Shown: positions 27,297 to 36,964, counted from the stretch's first letter. The stretch is 50,544 nucleotides of DNA from Armatimonadota bacterium (GCA_016235455.1 JACRKZ010000010.1:1-50544), one strand, 5' to 3'. Notes: generated by a model from the sequence alone, not told the origin. Numbers and translations: made by a program.

Positions 27297-29287
27297 GCTT
27301 CGTCCCCCGGCACCACGGGCAGCCACAACTCGGCCACGCTCCCCGCGCCCGGCTCACCGCTCAGCGCCAGCCAGCCGCCGTACCGATCGGCCAGGTGGTC
27401 GACACGCGCCAGGCCCAAGCCGGCGTGGCCAGGCTTGGTCGTGAAGCCCGGCTCAAAGGCCTGCTGTAGCACGTCGGGCGTCAGCCCGTCGCCGGTGTCG
27501 CTGACCCGGAGCAACACGCCGGTCGCGCCGTCGCTGACCGTCTCGATGGTCAGCGCGCCACCGTCAGGCATGGCCTCCATGGCGTTGTCGACGAGCGCCG
27601 CCAACATGCCGCGCAAGGTGTCCTCGGGAACGGCCACCGTCGCCGCCAGCGGGCAGAGGTCATCCTCCACGGTCAGCCCACCGCTCAGATCGACCTCGGC
27701 CAGGAGCCGCCGCACCGCGGCGTTGGGCGACGCGGTGCCGGTCGCGACCTGCTGCTCACCGCTTACGGCAGCAGTCCAGCGGCGCAGTATGGCGCGGCGC
27801 TCGGCCTCGAACAGCGCGGTCTGCCGCTGCCGCTCGTCGGCGATGTCGGTGAGCATCTCGATCATCGCGACCGGCGCGCCCCGTTCACCGGGCAGGGGTG
27901 CGCAGCGTAGCGCATACTCCCTGCCGTCGAGCGGGTGCACGATGACCTGCGCCACCACCTCGGCTTCTCCGGCCATGATCGCATCCAGACGGCACCATGG
28001 GCACGGTTCCGAGCGGCCGTACACGGCGCGGTAGCACGTGGCGCCCGCCAGGGGCCGTCGCGCGCTGGCCTCGTGGACAGCGTTGGCCTCGGCGATGACA
28101 TAGCCCAACTCGACCACCAGCAGGCCCACACCCAGCGCGTCGAAGACGGCGGAGGCGCGTCGCCGCTGATCGGCCAGATGCTCCTCACGCGCGGCGTGCT
28201 GGGTCACATCGGAGCCCAGGCCGAGCGTGCCGGCGAACTCGCCCTCATCGTCGTAGCGCCCGACGGCGCTGATCTCGAACTCACGCTGCGCGCCGTCGGC
28301 GCCGGTCAGCACGACCCGAATGCCGTTCGCGGAGCGCCGGTCGCGCCGACGCTCGCCGAACAGGCGGCCCACTCGCGCCCGTTCGCGCTCATCCATCAGC
28401 ACGGAGAAGTGACGACCCAGCAGTTCCTCGGGCTGGTAGCCCAGCGCCGAGGCCGTGGCGGAGCTGATGTGCAGGATGTGTCCGGCCTTGTCCAGCTGGT
28501 ACTGCAGCGTGGGCAGTTGGTTTTCGGCTGGCCGGGCGGCGCCGTCGCTGCCCAGGTAGTCGCCATCGCGCCCATAGACGCCGGTGGCGCTCAGCTCAAA
28601 GGTGCTGACCGTGCCGTCGGCGGCGGTCAGATTGACCTTGCTGCGGCGCGTGGCGCGGCCGGCCGTGCGGCGCTCGGCAATGAAGTGCCCGAAACGTTTG
28701 GCATCCTCGGGCAGCATGAGCACGCTGAAGTGCCGGCCGAGGAGGTCTTCCTTGGCATACCCGAGCAGTTCGGCGGCCTGGTGGCTGATGTCGGTCAACA
28801 TGCCGTCGGCGTCGGTGCTGTAGACGATGGTCGGCACTTCGCCGGCCGCCTCCGCCAGCGCCGCCATGGCCTGGTCGCGCCGCTCATCTTCCTCAGCCTT
28901 GGCGCGGAACCAGGTGCCGAAGAAGGCCGCGCGTCCCGCGTCGAGCACATCGTTAACGCGCGCGGCGGCCGCGTCGGCCGGCCCGAACTCCGCCGCTGGC
29001 CCGATCTCGTCGGCCAGATCGTGCAACAGGTCGAAGGCCAGTACCACCGCCTCCGCCCGCCGCGGATGGCCGCCGGCGGCCTCACGCTCGGCCAGTTCGG
29101 CCATGGCCTGGGCAAACGGCTCGCACTGCCCATGCCCGAGCGCCACCAGGTAGCTGGTCAGGACGGTGCGCAGCAGGTATTCGGCCTCGTGCGGAGCCAG
29201 GGGCGAGCCGCTCGTGTTCAGGCGCCCGGCACCCGCCAACGCAATCCGCTCGCGCATCCCCTTGAGCGCCCGCAGCAGCTTCACCAT
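27293..29287 (-). CDS. multi-PAS protein with HATPase_c domain, atypical histidine kinase lacking an H-box
   Basis: PAS repeats (LLGYAKEDLLGRHFSVLM / LGYQPEELLGRHFSVLM, third with CY..C.WC); N, G1, F and G2 boxes present. Confidence 0.8.
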   Translation of the reverse strand: MVKLLRALKGMRERIALAGAGRLNTSGSPLAPHEAEYLLRTVLTSYLVALGHGQCEPFAQAMAELAEREAAGGHPRRAEAVVLAFDLLHDLADEIGPAAEFGPADAAAARVNDVLDAGRAAFFGTWFRAKAEEDERRDQAMAALAEAAGEVPTIVYSTDADGMLTDISHQAAELLGYAKEDLLGRHFSVLMLPEDAKRFGHFIAERRTAGRATRRSKVNLTAADGTVSTFELSATGVYGRDGDYLGSDGAARPAENQLPTLQYQLDKAGHILHISSATASALGYQPEELLGRHFSVLMDERERARVGRLFGERRRDRRSANGIRVVLTGADGAQREFEISAVGRYDDEGEFAGTLGLGSDVTQHAAREEHLADQRRRASAVFDALGVGLLVVELGYVIAEANAVHEASARRPLAGATCYRAVYGRSEPCPWCRLDAIMAGEAEVVAQVIVHPLDGREYALRCAPLPGERGAPVAMIEMLTDIADERQRQTALFEAERRAILRRWTAAVSGEQQVATGTASPNAAVRRLLAEVDLSGGLTVEDDLCPLAATVAVPEDTLRGMLAALVDNAMEAMPDGGALTIETVSDGATGVLLRVSDTGDGLTPDVLQQAFEPGFTTKPGHAGLGLARVDHLADRYGGWLALSGEPGAGSVAELWLPVVPGDEA

Positions 29288-30315
29288 GGCGTGGCCACCT
29301 CCGCGCGCCAGGCCTCGGCGTCGAGCAGCGGCAGATTGGAGGCCACATCGAGCGTCAGCGTGCTGCTCCCGCCGCCGCGCAGCCGGTGGTAGCCGGCGCA
29401 GGCGATCATCGCCGCGTTGTCGGTGCAGTAGCGCAGGGGCGGAATGGACAGCGTCAGCCCCGCGTCGGCACAGGCGGCTTCCATGCTGCGGCGCAGCCCG
29501 GCGTTGGCCGCCACGCCGCCACACACCGCCACATGCCGCACGCCATGGCGCTCGACCGCGAGCAGCGTCTTCTCCACCAGAATGTCGACCACGGCGGCGC
29601 GGAATGACGCGCACAGGTCGGGCAGGCGCGCTTCGGCCTGGTCGCCAAGTTGCTCCACTACGCGGACCAGCGCGGTCTTGAGGCCCGAGAAGCTGAACTC
29701 CAACTCGCCGGCCAGCCGCGCTCGCGGCAGCGCGAACGCCTTGGGGTCGCCTTGCTCGGCCAGCTTGTCAAGCACCGGGCCGCCCGGATAGGGCAGGCCC
29801 ATGCGCCGCGCCACTTTGTCGAACGCCTCGCCGGCGGCATCGTCGCGCGCCCTGCCGAGCACGTCGTAATCGCCGTGCCCACGCATGAGCATCAGGTCAC
29901 TGTGGCCACCGGACACGATGAGCGTGACCAGCGGAAACTCGGGGACGGGGTCCTCGATGAAGTTGCTGTAGATGTGGCCCTCGAGGTGGTTGACACCGAC
30001 CAACGGCTTGCCCGCGCGCCAACACAAGCCCTTGGCCGCGCACAGGCCGACCAGCAGCGAGCCCACCAGCCCCGGTCCGTGGGTTACGGCCACCGCGTCC
30101 ACCGCGTCGAGCCCCAAGCCGGCGTCGGCCAGCGCGGCGCGCACGGTGTACCAGACGGCCTCCACATGCATGCGCGAGGCCAACTCGGGCACCACGCCGC
30201 CAAACGCCGCATGGGCCGCGAGCTGCGAGGCCACGTCGTTGGCGAGCAGGCCGCAGTCGCCATAGATGGCCGCGGCCGTTTCGTCGCAGCTACTCTCGAT
30301 TGCCAGAACTGTCAC
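29281..30315 (-). CDS. tsaD: tRNA N6-adenosine threonylcarbamoyltransferase TsaD
   Basis: IESSCDET, GGVVPELASR, NHLEGH, VSGGHS, GEAFDKVAR, FSFSGLKT, CTDNAAMI. Confidence 0.97.
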   Translation of the reverse strand: MTVLAIESSCDETAAAIYGDCGLLANDVASQLAAHAAFGGVVPELASRMHVEAVWYTVRAALADAGLGLDAVDAVAVTHGPGLVGSLLVGLCAAKGLCWRAGKPLVGVNHLEGHIYSNFIEDPVPEFPLVTLIVSGGHSDLMLMRGHGDYDVLGRARDDAAGEAFDKVARRMGLPYPGGPVLDKLAEQGDPKAFALPRARLAGELEFSFSGLKTALVRVVEQLGDQAEARLPDLCASFRAAVVDILVEKTLLAVERHGVRHVAVCGGVAANAGLRRSMEAACADAGLTLSIPPLRYCTDNAAMIACAGYHRLRGGGSSTLTLDVASNLPLLDAEAWRAEVATPW

Positions 30316-30332
30316 GAAACGCGCCTCCGGGG

Positions 30333-30429
30333 CCGGGTTTGTGGTTCCGCCTTCAGGCGGTCGCCGCGGGTCTCGTCGTGCCGCTGGGGCTCGCTTGCCA
30401 TCCGCCTCAAGGCGGAACTACGAGCCCGG
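30333..30429. repeat. REP doublet (REPIN-like) of GTAG/GTGG type
   Basis: GTGGTTCCGCCTTCAGGCGG and inverted GTAGTTCCGCCTTGAGGCGG, each with a CCGCCT/AGGCGG palindrome. Confidence 0.7.
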
Positions 30430-30490
30430 GCACGGTGTCTCGCGCCGGGGCCCATTGTACCTCGTCGCGCGCGTGTTTTGGGGCCAGCCG

Positions 30491-30520
30491 TTGACCAAGC
30501 GCCGCCCCGTATGGGACAAT
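30491..30520 (+). promoter_or_regulatory. putative promoter of HAD-gnd
   Basis: TTGACC-18 nt-GACAAT with extended TG. Confidence 0.4.
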
Positions 30521-30588
30521 ACCCCGTCGCCAGCCGACCGCTGGCGCCATCGCCAACGCCCTGTTGGCTACCGGGAGGAGACAGTTCA

Positions 30589-31476
30589 ATGCCCTCGCAG
30601 CACGATCTGGAAGGGCTCCAGCGCCAGCACGACTTCTTCATCGGCCTCGATTCCGACGGCTGTTGTTTCGATAGCATGGAGCTCAAGCACAAAGAGTGCT
30701 TCATCCCCCAGATCATCGGCCATTGGGACTGCCAGGCGGTCAGCAAGTACGCCCGCATGGCATCCGAGTTCGTCAATCTGTACAGCCAGTGGCGCGGTGT
30801 CAACCGCTTCCCCGCACTGGTCATGACCTTCGATCTGTTGCACGAGTGGGATGCGGTGCAGGACCGCGGCTGGCGTGCGCCCGAGCATCAGGCCCTGCGC
30901 GACTGGGTCAAGGCCGAGACCAAACTGGGCAACCCCGCGCTCAAGGCGGCCGTCGAACGGACCGGTGACCCGGTGCTCACGCGCCTGCTGGCCTGGAGTG
31001 AGGCCGTCAACAAGGCCGTCGGCTGGATGGTGCATGATCTGCCGCCGTTTCCGCATGTGGGCGACGTGCTGGAGCAGGCCAGTGCCAAGGCCGACATGAT
31101 CGTCGTCTCCGGCACGCCCGGCGAGGCGCTCGAGCGCGAGTGGGCCGAACACGGCATCGACGGCCATGTCAGCTACATCTGCGGTCAGGAAGTCGGCAGC
31201 AAGACGCAAATGCTGGCCTGGAGCGCTAAGGGCAAGTACGACGATGACAAGGTGCTCATGGTCGGCGACGCCCCCGGCGACCTGAAGGCCGCGCGGGCCA
31301 ACGGGTTCCTGTTCTTCCCCATCAACCCCGGCGACGAGGCCGCGAGTTGGCGTCGCTTCCATACCGAGGCGCTGGACCGCTTCTTCGCGGGCAACTACGC
31401 GGGCGACTACGAGGCCGCCCTTGTCGACGAGTTCAACCGCCTCCTACCGTCCACGCCGCCGTGGGCGGAGGCTTAG
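30589..31476 (+). CDS. HAD-superfamily hydrolase
   Basis: motif I DSDGC, motif II VVSGT, motif III K, motif IV MVGDAPGD; SD GGAGGAG. Confidence 0.88.
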   Translation: MPSQHDLEGLQRQHDFFIGLDSDGCCFDSMELKHKECFIPQIIGHWDCQAVSKYARMASEFVNLYSQWRGVNRFPALVMTFDLLHEWDAVQDRGWRAPEHQALRDWVKAETKLGNPALKAAVERTGDPVLTRLLAWSEAVNKAVGWMVHDLPPFPHVGDVLEQASAKADMIVVSGTPGEALEREWAEHGIDGHVSYICGQEVGSKTQMLAWSAKGKYDDDKVLMVGDAPGDLKAARANGFLFFPINPGDEAASWRRFHTEALDRFFAGNYAGDYEAALVDEFNRLLPSTPPWAEA

Positions 31477-31504
31477 GGAGCAAACGGGAAGCCACGTTGT
31501 ACGA

Positions 31505-31587
31505 GCTGCATCCGCAGATAACGCAGATGAGCGCAGCTAGCCACATCAGAGCTATCGGTGTGTGTCTGCGCTATCTGCGGATGCAGC
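31505..31587. repeat. intergenic palindrome with 9-bp CGCAGAT sub-repeats
   Basis: GCTGCATCCGCAGATAACGCAGA ... TCTGCGCTATCTGCGGATGCAGC. Confidence 0.75.
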
Positions 31588-31618
31588 CTTCACTGCGGGC
31601 TATCGCAGGAGTAACCAC

Positions 31619-33034
31619 ATGAGCAAGGCAGATATCGGGCTGATTGGCCTGGCGGTGATGGGCGAGAACCTGGCGCTCAACATGGAGAGCAAGGGCTATT
31701 GCGTGGCGGTCTTCAACCGCACCACGTCGGTCACCGAGGCGTTCGAGGCGGGTCGCGGCGCGGGGCACAACTTCGTGTTCGCCAAGACGCTTGAGGACTT
31801 CGTGGCGTCGCTGGCGCGGCCGCGGCGGATCATCTCCATGGTCAAGGCCGGCGCGCCGGTCGACGCCTTCCAGGAGATGCTGATCCCGCTGCTGGAGCCG
31901 GGCGACATCCTCATGGACGGCGGCAACAGCTTGTTCACCGACACTCAGCGCCGCGCCAAGCGGGCTGAGGAGCACGGGCTGCTGTACATCGGCACGGGCG
32001 TCAGCGGCGGCGAAGAAGGCGCGCTGAAGGGCCCCGCCATCATGCCCGGCGGCCACCGGGAAGCCTATGACGCGGTCGGCGAGATCCTTTGCCGGATCAG
32101 CGCGCATGTCAACGGCGAGCCGTGCTGTGCCTACATCGGTCAGGACGGCGCCGGCCACTTCGTGAAGATGGTCCACAACGGCATCGAGTACGGCGACATG
32201 CAGCTCATCTGCGAAGCCTACTGGCTGATGCGCAACCTGTTGGGTCTCAGCGCGGCGGAACTGCATGAGGTCTTCGCCGAGTGGAATGAGGGCGAACTCG
32301 ACAGCTACCTGATCGAGATCACCCGCGATATCTTCGCCGTGGTGGACGAGGAGACCGGGCAGCCGCTGGTCGACCTGATCATGGACACCGCCGGCCAGAA
32401 GGGCACCGGCAAGTGGACCAGCCAGATCGCGCTCGACCTGGGCGTGCCCGCGCCGACCATCGCCGAAGCCGTGTTCAGCCGCTGCCTGTCGGCCATCAAG
32501 GACGAGCGGGTCGCCGCGTCGGCCATCCTCGCCGGTCCTGAGAAGACCACCTACGACGGCGACAAGGCCGAGTTCATCGAGGCCATCCGCCAGAGCCTGT
32601 ACGCCAGCAAGATCTGCTCCTATGCACAGGGCTTCGCCATGATGGGCGAGGCGGCCAAGGAGCACGGCTGGGACCTGAAGTTCGGCGAGATCGCCAAGCT
32701 GTTCCGCGGCGGTTGCATCATTCGTGCCCGGTTCCTGCACCGCATCACCGAGGCCTACGAGCGCGACGGCGAGCTGTCCAACCTGCTGCTCGACCCGTTC
32801 TTCCGCGACGTGGTGGCCCAGGCGCAGTCGGCCTGGCGCCACGTGATCGCCACCGCCACGCTGCTCGGCGTGCCGGTCCCGGCGTTCTCGTCGGCCCTCG
32901 CCTACTACGACGCCTACCGCTCGGCCCGCCTGCCGGCCAACCTGCTGCAGGCCCAGCGCGACTACTTCGGCGCGCACACCTACAACCGCACCGACAAGCC
33001 CGGCACCTTCCACACGGAGTGGCTGCCGGAGTAG
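31619..33034 (+). CDS. gndA: NADP-dependent 6-phosphogluconate dehydrogenase, decarboxylating
   Basis: [49 protein letters not shown]. Confidence 0.98.
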   Translation: MSKADIGLIGLAVMGENLALNMESKGYCVAVFNRTTSVTEAFEAGRGAGHNFVFAKTLEDFVASLARPRRIISMVKAGAPVDAFQEMLIPLLEPGDILMDGGNSLFTDTQRRAKRAEEHGLLYIGTGVSGGEEGALKGPAIMPGGHREAYDAVGEILCRISAHVNGEPCCAYIGQDGAGHFVKMVHNGIEYGDMQLICEAYWLMRNLLGLSAAELHEVFAEWNEGELDSYLIEITRDIFAVVDEETGQPLVDLIMDTAGQKGTGKWTSQIALDLGVPAPTIAEAVFSRCLSAIKDERVAASAILAGPEKTTYDGDKAEFIEAIRQSLYASKICSYAQGFAMMGEAAKEHGWDLKFGEIAKLFRGGCIIRARFLHRITEAYERDGELSNLLLDPFFRDVVAQAQSAWRHVIATATLLGVPVPAFSSALAYYDAYRSARLPANLLQAQRDYFGAHTYNRTDKPGTFHTEWLPE

Positions 33035-33046
33035 CAGGGCTGCAGA

Positions 33047-33125
33047 CTGATCCACAGATGGCGCAGATGACACAGATAGCGGCAGGGCATCTGCATCTGC
33101 GTCATCTGCGCCATCTGTGAATCAG
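33047..33125. repeat. 31-bp inverted repeat with 9-bp C(A/G)CAGAT periodicity between convergent genes
   Basis: CTGATCCACAGATGGCGCAGATGACACAGAT / ATCTGCGTCATCTGCGCCATCTGTGAATCAG. Confidence 0.8.
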
Positions 33126-33129
33126 GCCG

Positions 33130-34131
33130 TCACATGCAGCTCAGAGCCAGCTCCAACTGCTCCGCGGCCTGCGCCTCGGTGTCTCGCGCCAGGCGGATCT
33201 GTTTGGCCAGGTGCTCACGGACCTCGCGGTCAGCCAGTGACCGGCGCACCAACTCCGAGTGCGGCATGGCCTGCCAGGGGTACAGGTCGGGCGTGGCCGG
33301 TACCCGCGCGTACAACAACGCGGCGGCCTTGAGCGGCTCCTCTGCCGCGGGCGCCAGGGGGACGCTGTCGGCCAGGAACTGCGCGCCGTAGGCACGGTCG
33401 TGGACCATGCACACCTGGTCGCCGTAGACCATGGCGCGCGTGTCGAGGACCTCGCGGTCGTCGGCTGGGTAGTCCTCGTCGATCAGCAAGCCATCCGCCC
33501 AGGCGTCATAGGCGGCGAGCCCGGAGACATGGGCCGGTGCGCAGTCGCGGCGCGGCGTGCGCGCCAGGTCGATGGCCAACTCCAGGCTGCTGCGCAGCAC
33601 CTCGCGCGGGTCGGCCGGCTCGCATGGGTCGCCGATGATGACGACATGCGGTGAGCCCTCCAGGCTGGTGCGCCAGTTGGGGCATTCGTAGTAGGCGTCA
33701 CCGGTCTCCTGGAAGTAGCTCCAGCCGATGAGCACGTCACCGCCCTTGTCCCAGCCGGTGACCAGCCCACCCTCTGGCCCGCCGATGGAGGCCACCACCG
33801 GATTGCCGCGCATCAAGCTGCCCTGGATGGCGGCGAGCATGGCCTCGCGATCTTCGGTCGTGGTGACCGCGCATTCGCAGCCCACGGCCCAACAGGCGCG
33901 CTCGTAGATGCTCGGGCCGAGGTAGTCGAGCGCCACGTTGCCGCCGTCGTCGCGCTCATAGAAGCGGCGCCACGCGCCGCCGCTGACCGCCATCATGGTG
34001 CTGAAGTCCGGCGCCAGGTCGAGGTAGGTCAGCACGCTCTCGAGCGCGCCCATGGGCGGGCAAAGGCGCTGCCCATAGCCGATGGCCGGCACGCCGGCGA
34101 TGACGAAACGCGGAGGAATCGGAGACGACAC
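33130..34131 (-). CDS. hypothetical protein, possible papain/C39-like fold
   Basis: GC3-biased ORF; GTG start with GGGAG SD; SLMRGNPVV..GLVTGWD pattern. Confidence 0.55.
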   Translation of the reverse strand: MSSPIPPRFVIAGVPAIGYGQRLCPPMGALESVLTYLDLAPDFSTMMAVSGGAWRRFYERDDGGNVALDYLGPSIYERACWAVGCECAVTTTEDREAMLAAIQGSLMRGNPVVASIGGPEGGLVTGWDKGGDVLIGWSYFQETGDAYYECPNWRTSLEGSPHVVIIGDPCEPADPREVLRSSLELAIDLARTPRRDCAPAHVSGLAAYDAWADGLLIDEDYPADDREVLDTRAMVYGDQVCMVHDRAYGAQFLADSVPLAPAAEEPLKAAALLYARVPATPDLYPWQAMPHSELVRRSLADREVREHLAKQIRLARDTEAQAAEQLELALSCM

Positions 34132-34215
34132 AAGACTACTCCCGACCGTTGATTCGCACTGCCGCAAGCGACTCCTCGCCACCGATGGTGGTACCCTTGT
34201 CAGCGGAGCGACACC

Positions 34216-34713
34216 ATGTTCGAAGCACTTTGGGACGATCGTGTGCGCACGGCCATGAAGCAGTTCTCGGCCGGCGCCTTTCTGACCTCCGCGCACGACG
34301 GCGTGGTCAATACGATGACCATTTCGTGGGGCACGCTGGGCATCCTGTGGGGCAAACCCATCTGGCAGGTGGTCGTGCGGCCGCAGCGCTACACGATGCC
34401 GCTGATCGATGGCAGCGGCGAGTTCACCATCAGCATTCCCGAGAAGGACATGGCTCAAGCGTTGGCCTGGTGCGGCTCACGATCCGGCCGCGACGGCGAC
34501 AAGTTGGCCGACTGCGGACTCGTCGCACAGCCCGGCAGAGTCACCAAGACCCCGGTCATCGCCGGTGGCGGCGTGCATTTTGAGTGCCGCGTGGTCCATC
34601 GCCAGCAGTTCGACGCGACGGTCATGAGTCCCACCCTCAACCAGACCATCTACCCTGGCAACGACCACCATATCCAGTTCTTCGGCGAGATCGTCGCCTG
34701 GTACGGCGATTGA
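34216..34713 (+). CDS. flavin reductase family protein
   Basis: NTMTISWG, VRPQRYT, CGSRSGRDGDK, ECRVV, H..FFGEI. Confidence 0.9.
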   Translation: MFEALWDDRVRTAMKQFSAGAFLTSAHDGVVNTMTISWGTLGILWGKPIWQVVVRPQRYTMPLIDGSGEFTISIPEKDMAQALAWCGSRSGRDGDKLADCGLVAQPGRVTKTPVIAGGGVHFECRVVHRQQFDATVMSPTLNQTIYPGNDHHIQFFGEIVAWYGD

Positions 34714-34787
34714 TCGGCGTGGGAGGAGACAGCGGCGTCGAGCCGAACCAGACCCCGGTTGCGCAGTGCTACTAACAGGAGTTCCCA

Positions 34788-35555
34788 ATGGGCAAGATCC
34801 CGATCGGTTTGCAGGTCTACTCGGTGCGGCAGGATGCCGAGGCCGACTTGGCCGGCACCTTGGCCAAGATCGCCAAGATGGGTTACGACGGCGTCGATTT
34901 CGCCGGATACTACGGCCATAGCGCGGCCGACGTGCGCAAGATGCTCGATGACAACGGCCTCAAGTGCTGCGGCGGCCACCTCGGCCTGGGCACGCTGCTG
35001 GGCGACGAGTTCGACAAGACCGTCGAATACCAGGCGGCCATCGGTAACCAGTACCTGATCGTCCCCGGTCTGGGCAGCGAATACACCAACAGCCGCGAAG
35101 CCTGGGTCAAGACCGCCGGCATCTTCAACGAGATCGCCGACAAGCTCGCCCCGCACGGCATGGTCACCGGCTACCACAACCACCACACCGAGTTCACCGC
35201 GCTGGACGGCGAACTGCCGTGGGACACCTTCATGGCCAACACCAACGCTGGCGTGGTCGGCCAGTTGGACATGGGCAACGGCCTGTTTGGCGGCGCCGAC
35301 CTGGTCGGCCTGCTCAAGAAGTACCCGGGTCGCTCGGGCACCGTCCACCTCAAGCCGTTCAAGACCGGCCTGGAAGGCCATGACGGCTTCCGCCCGCTGA
35401 TTGGCGAGGATAGCTGCCCGTGGGCCGAGATCTTCGACGTCTGCGAGACCATCGGCGCCACCAAGTGGTACATCGTGGAATACGAGAGCGATGCCTTCCC
35501 GCCGCTGGAGGCCGTCGAGCGCTGCCTCGGCAAACTCCGCGACATGGGCAAGTAG
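34788..35555 (+). CDS. sugar phosphate isomerase/epimerase (IolE/MocC-like)
   Basis: GLQVYSVR, GYHNHHTEF, QLDMG, HLK, WYIVEYE. Confidence 0.88.
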   Translation: MGKIPIGLQVYSVRQDAEADLAGTLAKIAKMGYDGVDFAGYYGHSAADVRKMLDDNGLKCCGGHLGLGTLLGDEFDKTVEYQAAIGNQYLIVPGLGSEYTNSREAWVKTAGIFNEIADKLAPHGMVTGYHNHHTEFTALDGELPWDTFMANTNAGVVGQLDMGNGLFGGADLVGLLKKYPGRSGTVHLKPFKTGLEGHDGFRPLIGEDSCPWAEIFDVCETIGATKWYIVEYESDAFPPLEAVERCLGKLRDMGK

Positions 35556-35664
35556 TCTGCGCGACTAGTACAACCACAGAGGACACAGAGGGCACAGGGA
35601 CTCATCTCTGAATCAGAGATCCCTGTGTTCTCTGTGTCCTCTGTGCTTGTACTAGTCGCGCAGA
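35556..35664. repeat. 45-bp inverted repeat with CACAGAG 9-bp periodicity; probable bidirectional terminator
   Basis: TCTGCGCGACTAGTACAACCACAGAGGACACAGAGGGCACAGGGA and near-perfect reverse complement; inner ATCTCTGA/TCAGAGAT hairpin. Confidence 0.82.
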
Positions 35665-36959
35665 TCCGCAATGCGCCGCCGCCATTGGGCGAGGCGCTCG
35701 GCGATCTTGGCCTCGGAGCCCTGGTTGCCCGGCTCGTAGTAGACCTTCCCGGCCAGCTCGTCGGGCAGCCGCTGTTGGGCCACCACGGCGTCCGGCGCAT
35801 CGTGGGCGTATTGATAGCCGGCACCATAGCCCAGTTCGGTCATCAGCCCGGTCGGCGCGTTGCGGATGACCAGCGGCACGGCCAAAGAGCCCAGCGTGCG
35901 CGCATCCTCCATGGCCGCCTTGAAGCCGGCGTAGACGCGGTTCGACTTGGGGCTGACCGCCAGATAGACCGCGCACTGGGCCAGCGCCAGCTCGCCCTCG
36001 GGGCTGCCCAGCATGTGATAGGCGTCGCGCGCGGCGATGGCGATGCCCAGCGCATTGGGCGCCGCCAGGCCAATGTCCTCCACGCTCATGCGGATCAGCC
36101 GACGCGCGATGAACAGCGGGTCCTCGCCGCCGGCCAGCATCCGCGCCAGCCAGTAGAGCGTGGCGTCGGGATCGCTGTCGCGCACCGACTTGTGCAGCGC
36201 CGAGATCAGGTCGTAGTGCTGCTCGCCGTCCTTGTCGTAGCGCAGCGCGCGGGTCTGCGTGGCGGCGGTGGCGATGTCCAGGTCGATATCGCGGCCCTCG
36301 GCCAACTGCGCCGCCGCCTCGATGGCGTTGAGCGCGGCGCGTGCATCGCCATCGGCCGAGCGCACAAGATGCGCCATGGCCTCGTCGCTGACGTTCAGGC
36401 TGAAGCGCCCCAGCCCGCGCTCCTCATCGGCCAGCGCGGCTCGCACGATGGCCTCGATGTGCGCGGGCTCCAGCGACGACAGCACGTAGACCGTGGCGCG
36501 GCTGAGCAGCGCGGCGTTGACCTCGAAGCTGGGGTTCTCGGTGGTCGCGCCGACCAGGATGATGGTGCCATCCTCGACATGCGGTAGCAGCGAGTCCTGC
36601 TGGGCCTTGTTGAAGCGGTGGATCTCGTCGAGGAACAGCACCGTGCGACGGCCGTCGAGGGCCTGCGTGTCGCGTGCGCGCTCCACGGCGGCGCGCACCT
36701 CCTTGACCCCGGCGCTGATGGCGCTCGTGCCGATGAAGGCCGAGCCGGTGGCGGTGGCGATGATGCGCGCCAGGGTGGTCTTGCCCGTGCCGGGCGGTCC
36801 CCACAGGATGCAACTGCGCAGCCGGTCGCGCTCGATCTCGCGGCGCAGCGGGCCGCTCGGCCCAACGATGCTCTCCTGGCCGACGTACTCCTCGAGCGTG
36901 CGCGGCCGCATCCGGTCGGCGAGCGGCGCCATACTGGGGTCCGGGGCGAAGAGTGACAT
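35652..36959 (-). CDS. rarA: replication-associated recombination protein A (RarA/MgsA)
   Basis: PLADRMRP, WGPPGTGKTT, DEIHRFNKAQQD, GATTENPSF, SALHKSVR. Confidence 0.96.
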   Translation of the reverse strand: MSLFAPDPSMAPLADRMRPRTLEEYVGQESIVGPSGPLRREIERDRLRSCILWGPPGTGKTTLARIIATATGSAFIGTSAISAGVKEVRAAVERARDTQALDGRRTVLFLDEIHRFNKAQQDSLLPHVEDGTIILVGATTENPSFEVNAALLSRATVYVLSSLEPAHIEAIVRAALADEERGLGRFSLNVSDEAMAHLVRSADGDARAALNAIEAAAQLAEGRDIDLDIATAATQTRALRYDKDGEQHYDLISALHKSVRDSDPDATLYWLARMLAGGEDPLFIARRLIRMSVEDIGLAAPNALGIAIAARDAYHMLGSPEGELALAQCAVYLAVSPKSNRVYAGFKAAMEDARTLGSLAVPLVIRNAPTGLMTELGYGAGYQYAHDAPDAVVAQQRLPDELAGKVYYEPGNQGSEAKIAERLAQWRRRIADLRD

Positions 36960-36964
36960 GATCG

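Noticed and set aside
27293-29614. Extended N-termini in the ORF track (kinase 29614, HAD 29650, hemW 12743, mtnP 40203, mqnA 40637, uroD 48482/47094)
   Set aside because: These extensions overlap neighbouring real genes; downstream starts have SD sequences, -10 boxes or stop/start coupling
31505-35664. Periodic repeats as a CRISPR array
   Set aside because: They are inverted and dispersed, with no repeat-spacer units and no cas genes
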